Shown here: positions 17,876 to 27,675 of the stretch, piece after piece | Numbering within the stretch: the first letter of the stretch is position 1 | How the letters are laid out: every line of letters begins with the position of its first letter | Source of the DNA: Phototrophicaceae bacterium | GTDB lineage: Bacteria > Chloroflexota > Anaerolineae > Aggregatilineales > Phototrophicaceae | DNA: 64,000 nucleotides | Assembly: GCA_965116425.1 (NCBI GenBank) | Contig: OZ220689.1 | Span: 2,280,134-2,344,133 of the forward strand | Direction of reading: 5' to 3' | Program-made: the position numbers and the translations under genes | Notes under the pieces: model-generated | Seen by the model: the letters and a program-made list of their open reading frames with translations, nothing else | Told to the model about the DNA's origin: nothing | Database searches by the model: none

Positions 17876-20800
17876 GTGCCAAGAATCTTTGACAACATAT
17901 CGGATAAGCTGCTCACCGCGCTGCAGAACACGATGCAATCCGCTGACCAAGCGGATTTTTGTGTAGGCTATTTCAATCTCCGCGGCTGGCGACTGCTGCG
18001 AGCGGACATAGACCAGCTGGCAGGCGGTGATGAGGGCTACTGTCGCATACTGATCGGCATGAATCCCACGCCCCGCGATGAACTGCGTGAATATCTCAGC
18101 CTAAAAGCTCGCAAGCCGGTCGATCAGCAGCAAGTGATGCGGCGCAAACGCCAGATTGTCGAAGACTTCCGGCGCCAGCTGGCACTAGGCGCGCCTAACA
18201 ATGACGATGAGCAAGGACTTCGTGATCTCGTCGGGCAACTGCGCTCGGGCAAAGTGACGGTGAAGCTGTACTTGCGCGATTCGCTCCATGCCAAACTTTA
18301 TCTGATCCACAAGCAGGATTACAACACGCCCACCTTGGCCTTCCTCGGCAGCAGCAACCTGACCCTGGCCGGCCTATCCAAGCAAGGCGAGCTGAACACC
18401 GAAGTCAGCGACTACGACGCCTGTCAGAAGCTCAAGGCGTGGTTTGAAGAGCGCTGGGATGATCGCTGGTGCCTCGACATTACCGAAGACTTGATCGAGG
18501 TCATCGACAATAGCTGGGCGCGAAAAGATATGCTCACGCCTTACGAGCTATATCTGAAGATCGCCTATCACCTGGCGCAAGAAGCGCGCGCCGGGCTAAA
18601 TGAATTCAAGTTGCCGCGCGAATTTGCCGAGCAGCTGCTGGATTATCAGGCGGCCGCTGTACGCATAGCCGCCCACCATCTCAACACCCGCGACGGCGTT
18701 TTGCTCGGGGATGTGGTCGGGCTGGGCAAAACCCTGATGGCCACCGCCCTGGCAAGAATCTTCCAGGACGATCGCTCTTGGGACAGCCTGATTATCTGCC
18801 CGCCAAACCTTCAGCAGATGTGGCAGAAATATGTGGAAGATTATCGCCTCACGGCCAAAGTCGTCTCCCTTGGCATGGTGACCAGGGAATTGCCCGACCT
18901 GCGCCGTTACCGCATCGTGATCGTTGACGAAAGCCACAACCTGCGCAATCGCGAGACGCAGCGCTATCGAGCTGTTCATGACTACATCAGCACCAACGAA
19001 AGCCGCTGCATCTTGCTATCGGCGACGCCCTACAATAAGAATTACCTGGACCTGTCGGCGCAGCTGCGTTTATTCATCGGCGAAGAAGATGTGCTGGGCA
19101 TTCGACCGGAGCAATACCTGAAAAAGGTCGGCGAGGCACAATTCAAATACCAGTTCCCGACAGCTCATTCCCGTTCCATCGTTGCCTTTGAGAAAAGCGA
19201 ACACACTGACGACTGGCGCGATCTGATGCGTCTGTATCTGGTGCGCCGTACGCGCAGCTTCATCGAGAACAATTACGCTGAAGACGACCCTGTTACCGGG
19301 CGTAAATTCATGCAACTGCAGAGTGGAAAGCGCTTCTATTTTCCCCGCCGCGTCCCGAAAACCATTCCGCTAAAGGCAAGCCCGCAGTACGACCGGCTCT
19401 ATTCCGACCAAGTAGTTGAGCTGGTTAACGACCTGAGCCTGCCACGGTACGGCTTGGGTCAATATGTGGACGGCAAGGCAGCCGAGACAGCGAAGGCGGG
19501 CGAACAGCAGCAAATCGAGAACCTGTCCCGCGCTGGCAAACGCCTGATGGGCTTCTGCCGCACAAACCTCTTTAAGCGCCTGGAAAGCAGTGGTGCGTCC
19601 TTCCTAAAATCGGTGGACCGGCACATCGCGCGCAATTACGTCTTTCTCCACGCCATAGAGAACGACCTGGAGCTGCCTATCGGCTCGCTGGATGCCCATA
19701 TTCTGGATCCCGATACCCAAGACGAAGATAGCGATTCGATCTATGTCGCTTTGAGCTTGGAAAATGAGGGGAATTCGGATGATGTAACGGACGTGGAAGA
19801 TCTTGACGAGAATTATACCCAGCGCGCCCGCACGGCTTATGCTTTGTTCAGCGGCCGCTATAGACGGCGTTTCAAGTGGCTGCGCGCGTCCTTATTCGCC
19901 GATGCCTTGCGGAAGGAACTGCAAGAAGACATTGATCGCTTGACGGCGGTGATTGAGCTCTGCGGCGATTGGGATGTCGTCGAAGATACCAAGCTGGCTG
20001 CTTTACACGGACTAATCAGCCGCGATCATGCGGACGAAAAGGTGCTGGTCTTTTCCCAGTTCGCCGATACGATTCGCTACCTGCAGAGCGAACTGACTCG
20101 CCTGGGCACGGCGGAACTGGAAGCAGCCACCGGGCAACACGATAATCCGACCGCTTTGGCGCGGCGCTTCAGCCCTGTTAGCAACGAACTGAAGCGAAAA
20201 CCGGCGGATGAAATCCGGGTTTTGTTATCCACCGATGTGCTCAGTGAAGGGCAGAACCTGCAGGACAGCGCCATCGTCATCAATTACGATTTGCCTTGGG
20301 CGATCATCCGACTGTCACAACGGGCGGGCCGTGTCGACCGCATTGGGCAGAAAGCTGAGGAAATCCGCTGTTACTCATTCATGCCGGCGGATGGCGTGGA
20401 AGAGATCATTCGTCTACGCTCCCGGGTGCGGCAACGGCTGGAAGAGAACGGCGAAGTCGTTGGCTCCGATGAGCAATTCTTTGAAGATGACAGAACCGCC
20501 CAACAGCTGCGCGATTTATACACCGAGAAGTCTGGCATTCTCGATCTGGAAGCCGATAGCGAAGTTGACCTGTCGTCCTATGCCTGGCAAGAATGGGCCA
20601 ACGCCATCAAGGACAATCCGCAGCTGAAGAAAAAGATCGAGGAGTTGCCCGATGTGGTCTATTCGTCACGGCATTATCTGGGCTCTGTCGACCGCCCCCA
20701 AGGCGTGATCACTTATGTGAAATCGAGCGATGACACCGATGCGCTTGTGTGGCTGGACCAAGAAGCGGAAATCGTCACTGAGTCGCAATTGGCGATCCTG

Positions 20801-21235
20801 CGCGCCGCCAAATGCGAGCCGGACACGCCGACGCAGGCGCGACATCCGCGGCACCACGATCTGGTGCTCGCGGGAGTGCGGAAGACACAGGAAGCGGATT
20901 ATATCGCCGCCACCGGCGGGCAATTGGGACGCCCCAACAGCACGCGCCGCCAGACCTATGAGCGACTAAAAGGCTATGTCCAGGATCTGCCGCTGCTTCG
21001 CAATAGGGAGGGGCTGGAAGCGGCCATTGACGACATCTATCGCCATCCCCTGTTAGAATCGGCGCGCGACAAGCTGAACCGACAAATCCGCGCCGAAATC
21101 CAGGACGAGGACCTGGCGGAGCTGGTGATCGGCTTGTGGCAAGATGAGCGCCTGAGCCGAAAACAAGAAGGCGATGAGGAGCGGGAAGCGCGCATCCTCT
21201 GTTCACTGGGCTTATTCGACTTATCCGAGGAGTAG
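17876..21235 (+). CDS. PLD-family nuclease domain fused to SNF2-family helicase (1119 aa)
   Basis: Single HKD motif LHAKLYLIH...GSSNLT (His codon 18287-18289). SF2/SNF2 motifs DVVGLGKT, VIVDESHNLRN, LLSATPYNK, LLSTDVLSEGQNLQD and QRAGRVDRIGQ. About 280 aa of C-terminus is unassigned. Confidence 0.85.
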   Translation: MPRIFDNISDKLLTALQNTMQSADQADFCVGYFNLRGWRLLRADIDQLAGGDEGYCRILIGMNPTPRDELREYLSLKARKPVDQQQVMRRKRQIVEDFRRQLALGAPNNDDEQGLRDLVGQLRSGKVTVKLYLRDSLHAKLYLIHKQDYNTPTLAFLGSSNLTLAGLSKQGELNTEVSDYDACQKLKAWFEERWDDRWCLDITEDLIEVIDNSWARKDMLTPYELYLKIAYHLAQEARAGLNEFKLPREFAEQLLDYQAAAVRIAAHHLNTRDGVLLGDVVGLGKTLMATALARIFQDDRSWDSLIICPPNLQQMWQKYVEDYRLTAKVVSLGMVTRELPDLRRYRIVIVDESHNLRNRETQRYRAVHDYISTNESRCILLSATPYNKNYLDLSAQLRLFIGEEDVLGIRPEQYLKKVGEAQFKYQFPTAHSRSIVAFEKSEHTDDWRDLMRLYLVRRTRSFIENNYAEDDPVTGRKFMQLQSGKRFYFPRRVPKTIPLKASPQYDRLYSDQVVELVNDLSLPRYGLGQYVDGKAAETAKAGEQQQIENLSRAGKRLMGFCRTNLFKRLESSGASFLKSVDRHIARNYVFLHAIENDLELPIGSLDAHILDPDTQDEDSDSIYVALSLENEGNSDDVTDVEDLDENYTQRARTAYALFSGRYRRRFKWLRASLFADALRKELQEDIDRLTAVIELCGDWDVVEDTKLAALHGLISRDHADEKVLVFSQFADTIRYLQSELTRLGTAELEAATGQHDNPTALARRFSPVSNELKRKPADEIRVLLSTDVLSEGQNLQDSAIVINYDLPWAIIRLSQRAGRVDRIGQKAEEIRCYSFMPADGVEEIIRLRSRVRQRLEENGEVVGSDEQFFEDDRTAQQLRDLYTEKSGILDLEADSEVDLSSYAWQEWANAIKDNPQLKKKIEELPDVVYSSRHYLGSVDRPQGVITYVKSSDDTDALVWLDQEAEIVTESQLAILRAAKCEPDTPTQARHPRHHDLVLAGVRKTQEADYIAATGGQLGRPNSTRRQTYERLKGYVQDLPLLRNREGLEAAIDDIYRHPLLESARDKLNRQIRAEIQDEDLAELVIGLWQDERLSRKQEGDEEREARILCSLGLFDLSEE

Positions 21236-21241
21236 AACAAA

Positions 21242-24200
21242 ATGGCGCTGAACCGCACTAGAGCGCGAGAATATATGCAAGCATTCGAATTCGAAAACCT
21301 TCTAATAGAAATTGGGTGGGAGAGCGTTCCGCCAGCGCGGCCAGTGAATATTGGGAACACCGGCTACCAGTATCGCCTCATTTCGGAGACGGTATTTGAG
21401 GTGTTTCCAGTAAATCCCCGCTCCAACGCGCTGCCGGACGCCAGAACGCTGAAAAATATTCACAAGAACATCGAGAAAATATCGTTCGAAAACTTGATTG
21501 TCTTCCTCGATAATGACAAGATTAGAACACAAAGCATCTGGTATTGGGTCAAACGAGAGGGTAATAAAAAAACACCCAAGAAAACATTACTATTTTAAGG
21601 AACAGCCCGGCGACCTTTTCCTGAGCAAAATTGCAGGCATGGTCATCGAGATGGGCGACCGACGCTCCGACGGCAGCCTACCCATCACAGAACGCACCAA
21701 GCGATTTGCTGATTCCTTTGATATTCTGCCCGTCACCAAGCGCTTTTACAGCGAATTCAGCGGGCTGCGCGTCGACTTCATCAACCTGATTCAAGGCATC
21801 CCGCGCGAAGCCGACCGCAACTGGTACGCCTCGGTGCTGCTCAACCGGCTGATGTTCATCTACTTCTTGCAGAAGCGCGATTTCATCCAGGGTAACAGTA
21901 ATTACCTCGACGACAAGTTGGAGGAAAGCCGAAGACGCGGACGCGACCGCTACTACCAAGAATTCCTCGATGCGCTGTTTTTTGAGGGCTTTGCCAAGCC
22001 GGAACACGAACGCAGCGCCGAGGCAAAACGCTTGCTCGGGCCCATTCCCTACCTGAACGGTGGCTTATTCATCCGCCACCGCTTGGAACTCGATAACGTC
22101 GCCATCCAGATCCCCGACCGCGCCTTCGAGAATGTCCTGGACCTTTTCGGTCGCTATTCCTGGCATTTGGACGATACGCCGGGCGCGCGCGACAACGAGA
22201 TCAACCCCGATGTGCTGGGTTATATCTTCGAGAAATACATCAACCAGAAAGCCTTCGGCGCTTATTACACGCGGGGGGAGATCACCGAATACCTCTGCCA
22301 GCGCAGCATCCACAGCGTGATTCTGGAGAAGGTCAACCAGCATAGCGTCCGCCAATTCAGCGACTTGAGCGATGTGCTGATGCGGCTGGATGCCGAGCTA
22401 TGCCGCACGCTGCTGTTCACTGTCTTGCCCAAGCTGTCGATCCTCGACCCCGCCTGCGGCTCGGGCGCGTTCCTGGTGGCGGCGATGAATAACCTGCTCA
22501 ATATCTATGGCGCGGTCTTTGGGGCGATTGACCGGCTGAACGACAGCAACCTGCGGCGGCAGGCGGAAAAAATCCGGCGGGAGCATCCCTCCATCAATTA
22601 TTACATCCGCAAGCAGATTATCGTGAAAAACCTCTACGGCGTCGACATCATGGATGAAGCCACCGAGATCGCCAAACTGCGCCTCTTCCTGGCGCTGGTC
22701 AGCGTGGCGCAGTCGCTCGATGACCTGGAACCCCTGCCCAATATCGACTTCAATATCATGGCCGGCAACTCGCTGATTGGCTTGCTGAGCGTCGATGACA
22801 ATCGCTTTGATGAGGGCGCGCGCACGCAAGACATGCTCCAGCGCGTCAAAGCCCAGGATTACCAGCGCGCGCTAGCGGAGAAGAATCGCCTGATCAAGCT
22901 CTACCGCAAAACCGACAGCGCCTATTCCGATCACCTGCAAGACCTGCGCGGACGCATCAACGCGCAGCGCCACGACGCCCAGGGCGTTCTCAACGAGATC
23001 CTGCTGGACGACTTCCGCGCCTTAAAAATCCAGTACGAGGGTGCGCAGCTCAAAGGACGCGCGAAGAAACGCCCACTGCAGACAACCGACATAGAAGCCC
23101 TGAATCCCTTCCACTGGGGTTACGAGTTCGACGAAATCATCGAGGAGCACGGCGGCTTTGATGTCATCATCACCAACCCACCCTGGGAAGTCTTCAAGCC
23201 GCAAGACGAAGAATTCTTCGCCCAATATGACGACAGCATGCGCCAGAAAAGGGCGAACCGAGTCGACAAGAGGCGAATCAAGGCGCAACTGCTGGAAGAC
23301 GCCGATATAAGGCGCGAATATCTGCAATATCAAAGCGACTACCGCCATGTCAGCGCCTATTATCGCAGCGCCCCGCAATACCAGAATCAGATTTCGCGCG
23401 TGAACGGCCGCAAGCAAGGCAGCGACATCAACCTCTACAAGCTCTTCACCGAGCAGTGCTTTCGCCTGCTGCGGGAGAAGACGGCTATTAAGCCCGGCGG
23501 GGCTTGTGGCATCGTCATCCCATCGGGCATATACAGCGATTTGGGCACAAAACAATTGCGGCAAATGCTCTTTGAAAAAACCAAAGTCACGGGTTTGTTC
23601 GGTTTCGAGAACCGCAAAGCGATCTTTGAGGGCGTACATAAGAGCTTCAAATTCGTGGTGCTGTCAATCGAAAAAGGCGGGCAAACCCTCAGTTTCCCGG
23701 CCGCTTTCATGCGCCACGATGTCAAAGAGCTAGAGCAGTTTCCGGCTGAAGACAGCGTCAAGGTCAGCGTCGATCTCATCAAACGCTCGTCGCCTTCGTC
23801 GCTGTCGGTGACCGAATTCAAGGGCGCGCTGGATGTGGACATCGTCGAGAAGATGCTGCGCTTCCCGCTTTTGGGCGAAGAATTGCCCGACAAGTGGAAT
23901 GTGAAGCTAACACGCGAATTCGACATGACAAACGACAGCGACCTCTTCCATGACGCGCCGGGAGCGGGCAGACTGCCGCTTTACGAGGGCAAGATGATCT
24001 GGCAGTTCCAGCATGGCTACGCCGCGCCGCGCTACTGGATTGACGAGGCGGCTGGTCGGAAGCGTGTGCTGGGCAGGAAGGGTGAGGATGTCGGGCAGCG
24101 GCTTGATTATCAGATGTATCGGCTAGGTTTTCGGGATGTGGCTAGCTCGACCAATGAGCGTACGATGATTATGACGGTCCTTCCGCCACTAAATTTTGCA

Positions 24201-24677
24201 GGCAATACTGTACCTACTGCCAAAGCGATACACCACAATTCAGATATTCCTGATAACGTGTCGCAGCTCATTGTGTGCACTATTTCCAATAGTTACCTTG
24301 TAGATTATATTGCACGGCAAAAAGTTTCAGCGCACTTAAATTTTTTCTACGTTAGGCAACTCCCCATCCCACGCCTGATGCCGGGCGACCGCTTCTTCGA
24401 CTCTATCGCCCAGCGCGCCGCCCAGCTTATCTGCACGGCGCCGGAATATGACGACCTAGCGGCTGAGGTCGGGCTGGGCAGCCACCGCAATGGCGTGACC
24501 GATCCGGCCGGGCGGGCGAAGCTGCGCGCCGAGCTAGATGGCATCATCGCGCATATCTACGGTCTGACAGAAGCCGAATTCGCCCACGTGCTGGGCACAT
24601 TCCCGCTGGTGGACGCAGGGGTCAAGGCGGCGGCGATGGAGGCGTATCGGGATGTCGAGCGCGGCGCGGTGATGTGA
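21242..24677 (+). CDS. Eco57I/type-IIG-like N6-adenine DNA methyltransferase (~1144 aa), interrupted by a frameshift in an A7 tract
   Basis: ORFs 21242..21598 and 21498..24677 join as ...VKREGNKK-HPRKHYYFKEQPG... if the A7 run 21566-21572 were A6. Motif I is LDPACGSGAFLV and motif IV is NPPW (23175-23186). YYTRGEIT and GNSLIG are typical of this family. ATG lies 6 nt after the helicase stop, with GAGGAG as RBS. Confidence 0.8.
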
Positions 24678-24705
24678 GCGTCCGCTCGCGGGCAGGGCAA
24701 TATCA

Positions 24706-25118
24706 CAGAGCAATCGCACCAGATTATTTTAACCACCGAGGACACCGAGATTTGCCTCCTTTTCTGGCAAAAAGGAGGCAATGTAGGGGCGATTCTGTGA
24801 ATCGCCCACGATATTCTCACTCTTTTCATGGGCGACACACAGTGTCGCCCCTACAAGGCTTGATTGGTATTAGCGATGAATTCGCCGGAATTTTACCCCA
24901 CCCCCCGGCCCCCTCCCCGACGAGTCAGGGAGGGGGAGCTAAATTCTGCGAATATCATGGTTTTTTGATACTTTGTGTAGGTATTGACCCGGTATTCCAT
25001 ACGAAAACAGTTATACTACGGTTGGTTTTCTGTGTTCTTTGCAATACAAATCAAGCCTTACATCGTGGTAGATTTATGTGACATTCGGCACATAATTGGT
25101 TCTGGTGCGATTGCTCTG
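24706..25118. mobile_element. Second MITE copy (same family as 15722-15927) carrying a nested insertion; no target duplication
   Basis: Same 18-bp TIRs and near-identical arms as the first copy. The flanks (GCAATATCA and CGTAGATTA) do not match each other. Confidence 0.8.
24856..25058. mobile_element. Nested ~203-bp MITE-like insertion inside the second MITE
   Basis: It interrupts ...GTCGCCCCTACA|TCGTGG..., which is continuous in the first copy. Own IRs are AGGCTTGATTGGTATT and AGGCTTGATTTGTATT (reverse complement). TACA is duplicated at 24852-24855 and 25059-25062. Confidence 0.7.
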
Positions 25119-25289
25119 CGTAGATTAGGCGCTGCAATCGCTGGCTAGCGGAGTCAGGACGCCCTTTGCGCCAGCCCGATCTGACGTGGTTTCGTGGCTC
25201 TCAAACAGCTGAAGGCCTTGTCATTCGGCTAGTTCTAGTCGCTCAACATTGTGCTCGCGAGCAGCAGTCCCTTTAGCGGAATGGAATAT

Positions 25290-25318
25290 TTGACAAGCGA
25301 CAAGAGAAACGCTATAGT
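25290..25318 (+). promoter_or_regulatory. Sigma-70-like promoter upstream of the sugar ABC operon
   Basis: TTGACA (25290-25295), a 17-nt spacer, then TATAGT (25313-25318). Followed by TTGTAAACAG at 25324-25333, a possible operator. Confidence 0.5.
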
Positions 25319-25560
25319 TTGCGTTGTAAACAGCAAATTGTTAACTCGCATACAATTATCAGGTGCTAATTAGAAGAATGTATAGTATTTTCTTTCACGT
25401 AACTGCTTCTTCCAGTGTCTTCACGCGCGCCCCATCAGTTGCGAACCTATATGTCAACCATCCGGTCGTGCCGGGCCGGTTCGGCAAGAGATGCCGACGC
25501 TCATCGTCGATCGATTGATCGTGTGGCGATTCCGCTAAGTTGGATTTGATCGAGGTGAAT

Positions 25561-26343
25561 ATGGGTGCGCCGCAAGCAGAAGCAAGGGAGGCGTCCGCCG
25601 AGTCTAGAGGAGAAAAGCCCCTCTTGGTTGCGCGCAACATCGAAAAGGCCTATGGCACGGTACAGGCGCTTGGCAGCGCGCAAATCGACGTTAGAGCGGG
25701 CGAAATAGTTGCGCTGGTCGGCGACAATGGCGCTGGCAAGTCGACCTTGATCAAGGTGCTGTCAGGAGCGCACAAACCGGACGCGGGCGAAATCATCGTG
25801 CGCGGCCAGTCCGTCACGATCGATAACCCCAACGACGCCTTCGACTTAGGCATCGCCACTGTTTATCAAGACCTGGCGCTCCTGGCGACGCGCGACGTTG
25901 TCGCCAACTTGTATGTCGGACGCGAGCTAACCAGGAACGGAATCTTGGACCGGCGGCAGATGACCGCGGAGGCGAATCAGGTCGTGCGCCAGTTGAAGAC
26001 CAATCTGCCCTCCGTTCACACGCGCGTGCGTCACCTTTCCGGTGGGCAGCGGCAGGCGGTCGCCATTGCGCGGGTCGTGCATTTCGGCGCGGAAATCTTA
26101 CTGCTTGACGAGCCTACAGCAGCGCTCGGCGTTAAGGAAGCGCATGAAATGCTGACCTTGATTGAACACCTCAAGGAGCAAGACAAGGGCATAATCGTCG
26201 TTAGCCATAATTTGGCGCACGTATTCCGAATTTGCGATCGTATCACGGTGCTGCGTCACGGACGCACAGTGGGCACGCTAATCAAGGAAGAGACCGATTC
26301 CACCGAAGTCGTTCGTATGATCACTGGCGCCGATTTGCTTTAG
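25561..26343 (+). CDS. Sugar ABC transporter ATP-binding protein (single NBD)
   Basis: Walker A GDNGAGKST, signature LSGGQRQAVAIAR, Walker B LLLDEPT. ATG at 25561 with GAGGTG upstream. Confidence 0.85.
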   Translation: MGAPQAEAREASAESRGEKPLLVARNIEKAYGTVQALGSAQIDVRAGEIVALVGDNGAGKSTLIKVLSGAHKPDAGEIIVRGQSVTIDNPNDAFDLGIATVYQDLALLATRDVVANLYVGRELTRNGILDRRQMTAEANQVVRQLKTNLPSVHTRVRHLSGGQRQAVAIARVVHFGAEILLLDEPTAALGVKEAHEMLTLIEHLKEQDKGIIVVSHNLAHVFRICDRITVLRHGRTVGTLIKEETDSTEVVRMITGADLL

Positions 26344-26394
26344 CAGGCCGGTCGCCAATGTAAGGCTGGATTGTCACGACAACGGAGCAAGGCT

Positions 26395-27468
26395 ATGGCA
26401 GTTAAGCAAGAAGAATTTGATACCAGCACTGACGAGGCGGCTAGCGAATCGCGTTGGAAACGTCTGCTGGCGCAGCGTGAGATCCAACTGCTGTTGGTGC
26501 TGGTGGTCTTTACTATTCTGGTGCGGTTGGGCGGTGCGCCTGGCTTCCTGGGTCCGACGCATTTTCCCATTTTCCTCTCGCAGGTCGCGCCGGACATGCT
26601 GGTCGTCATTCCGATGGCGATGCTGCTCATCGGCGGCATGTTCGATCTGTCGGTGACCGGCATCGCCAACCTTAGCGTGGTCTTGGTTGGCTGGACCTTC
26701 TCGCGTTTGTTGGGCACGATGGACGATACGCTCCTGATCCTGTTGGTCGTTGCAATCGGCTTGACCGCGGGCTTGATAGTCGGCGTAATCAACGGTTTCG
26801 CAGTAACGCGCCTGCGCATGAATCCGCTGATGACCACCTTGGCGACCTGGTGGATGGCGCAAGGCGCCGCCACCGGTGTGGCAGGCGGCGAATCACGCCA
26901 TAACTTTGTCGGCTCCTTCCGCGATATCGCGCGCTTTCAGCCCTTGCGAGACTTGGGCGAGACCTTCCCCTTCTTGCAGGAAATGAGGATTAGTACGCTG
27001 CCGATGCCTGTGTTTTACGCGGCGGTCGTCATCTTTCTCGGCTGGCTGGTGCTGAATCGCACGCGCTTCGGCTGGCATATCTTTGCCACCGGCAGCGACC
27101 GGAAAGGCGCGGCGCTCAACGGCGTCAATGTCAATCGCATCACCTTGATCGGCTTTGTCGCCACGGGCATGGCGGCGGCTATGTGTGGCATCGTCTGGGC
27201 CAGCCGGCTGACATCTGCGCCGCCGAATACTCTCGGTGGGCTGGAGCTGCGCGTGATTGCCGCGGCGGTCATCGGTGGCGCAGCGCTCACTGGCGGGGAG
27301 GGGAGCGTGTTAGGGGCCGTCCTGGGGCTCTTCTTCATGCATATGATCCGGAGTGCGACCATACAGCTGGGCTTGCCCGTCTACTGGGAGTTTTTCGTTT
27401 TGGGTGCGGTGCTGTTCACGGCGGTTGCTTTCGATGCCTGGAGCAAAAGGCAAGGGGCAACCGATTGA
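26395..27468 (+). CDS. Sugar ABC transporter permease (ribose/xylose-type)
   Basis: Multi-TM protein of the BPD_transp_2-like family (...GGMFDLSV..., ...GGAALTGGEGSVLG...). ATG at 26395. Confidence 0.8.
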   Translation: MAVKQEEFDTSTDEAASESRWKRLLAQREIQLLLVLVVFTILVRLGGAPGFLGPTHFPIFLSQVAPDMLVVIPMAMLLIGGMFDLSVTGIANLSVVLVGWTFSRLLGTMDDTLLILLVVAIGLTAGLIVGVINGFAVTRLRMNPLMTTLATWWMAQGAATGVAGGESRHNFVGSFRDIARFQPLRDLGETFPFLQEMRISTLPMPVFYAAVVIFLGWLVLNRTRFGWHIFATGSDRKGAALNGVNVNRITLIGFVATGMAAAMCGIVWASRLTSAPPNTLGGLELRVIAAAVIGGAALTGGEGSVLGAVLGLFFMHMIRSATIQLGLPVYWEFFVLGAVLFTAVAFDAWSKRQGATD

Positions 27469-27675
27469 TGATGACCGGTAATCGCCGGTCGTAGAGACCT
27501 GTTGTGTTTTCCAGTTACTCGCGGGATACACACTAGAAGGGGGCAGATGGGTTTAGCAGCGCATCTGCATCACCATCGTGGTGACAATCGAGGCCAAGTT
27601 CATTGTCCAAGCTTTGTTCATGATCCTCACTTACCGCGAATAGATTTTTCACAACAGTAGGATTTTCTGGAGAGT

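Noticed and set aside
15722-25118. Repeated ~200-bp sequences with palindromes, considered as a possible CRISPR array or CRISPR-like repeats.
   Set aside because: There are only two copies, 9 kb apart. Each is bounded by 18-bp inverted repeats, and one has a target duplication. There is no short repeat-spacer periodicity and there are no cas genes. They are MITEs.
25124-25129. ATTAGG next to the right-hand MITE, identical to the IS481 target duplication at the left edge of the island. This could be a direct repeat delimiting the island.
   Set aside because: A 6-mer is expected dozens of times in 64 kb, and no longer shared context exists on either side.
25395-25640. 81-aa minus-strand ORF in the leader of the sugar ABC operon.
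   Set aside because: It overlaps the start of the ATPase gene on the other strand. It has no RBS-like sequence and no recognisable similarity. The region is better explained as a 5' leader.
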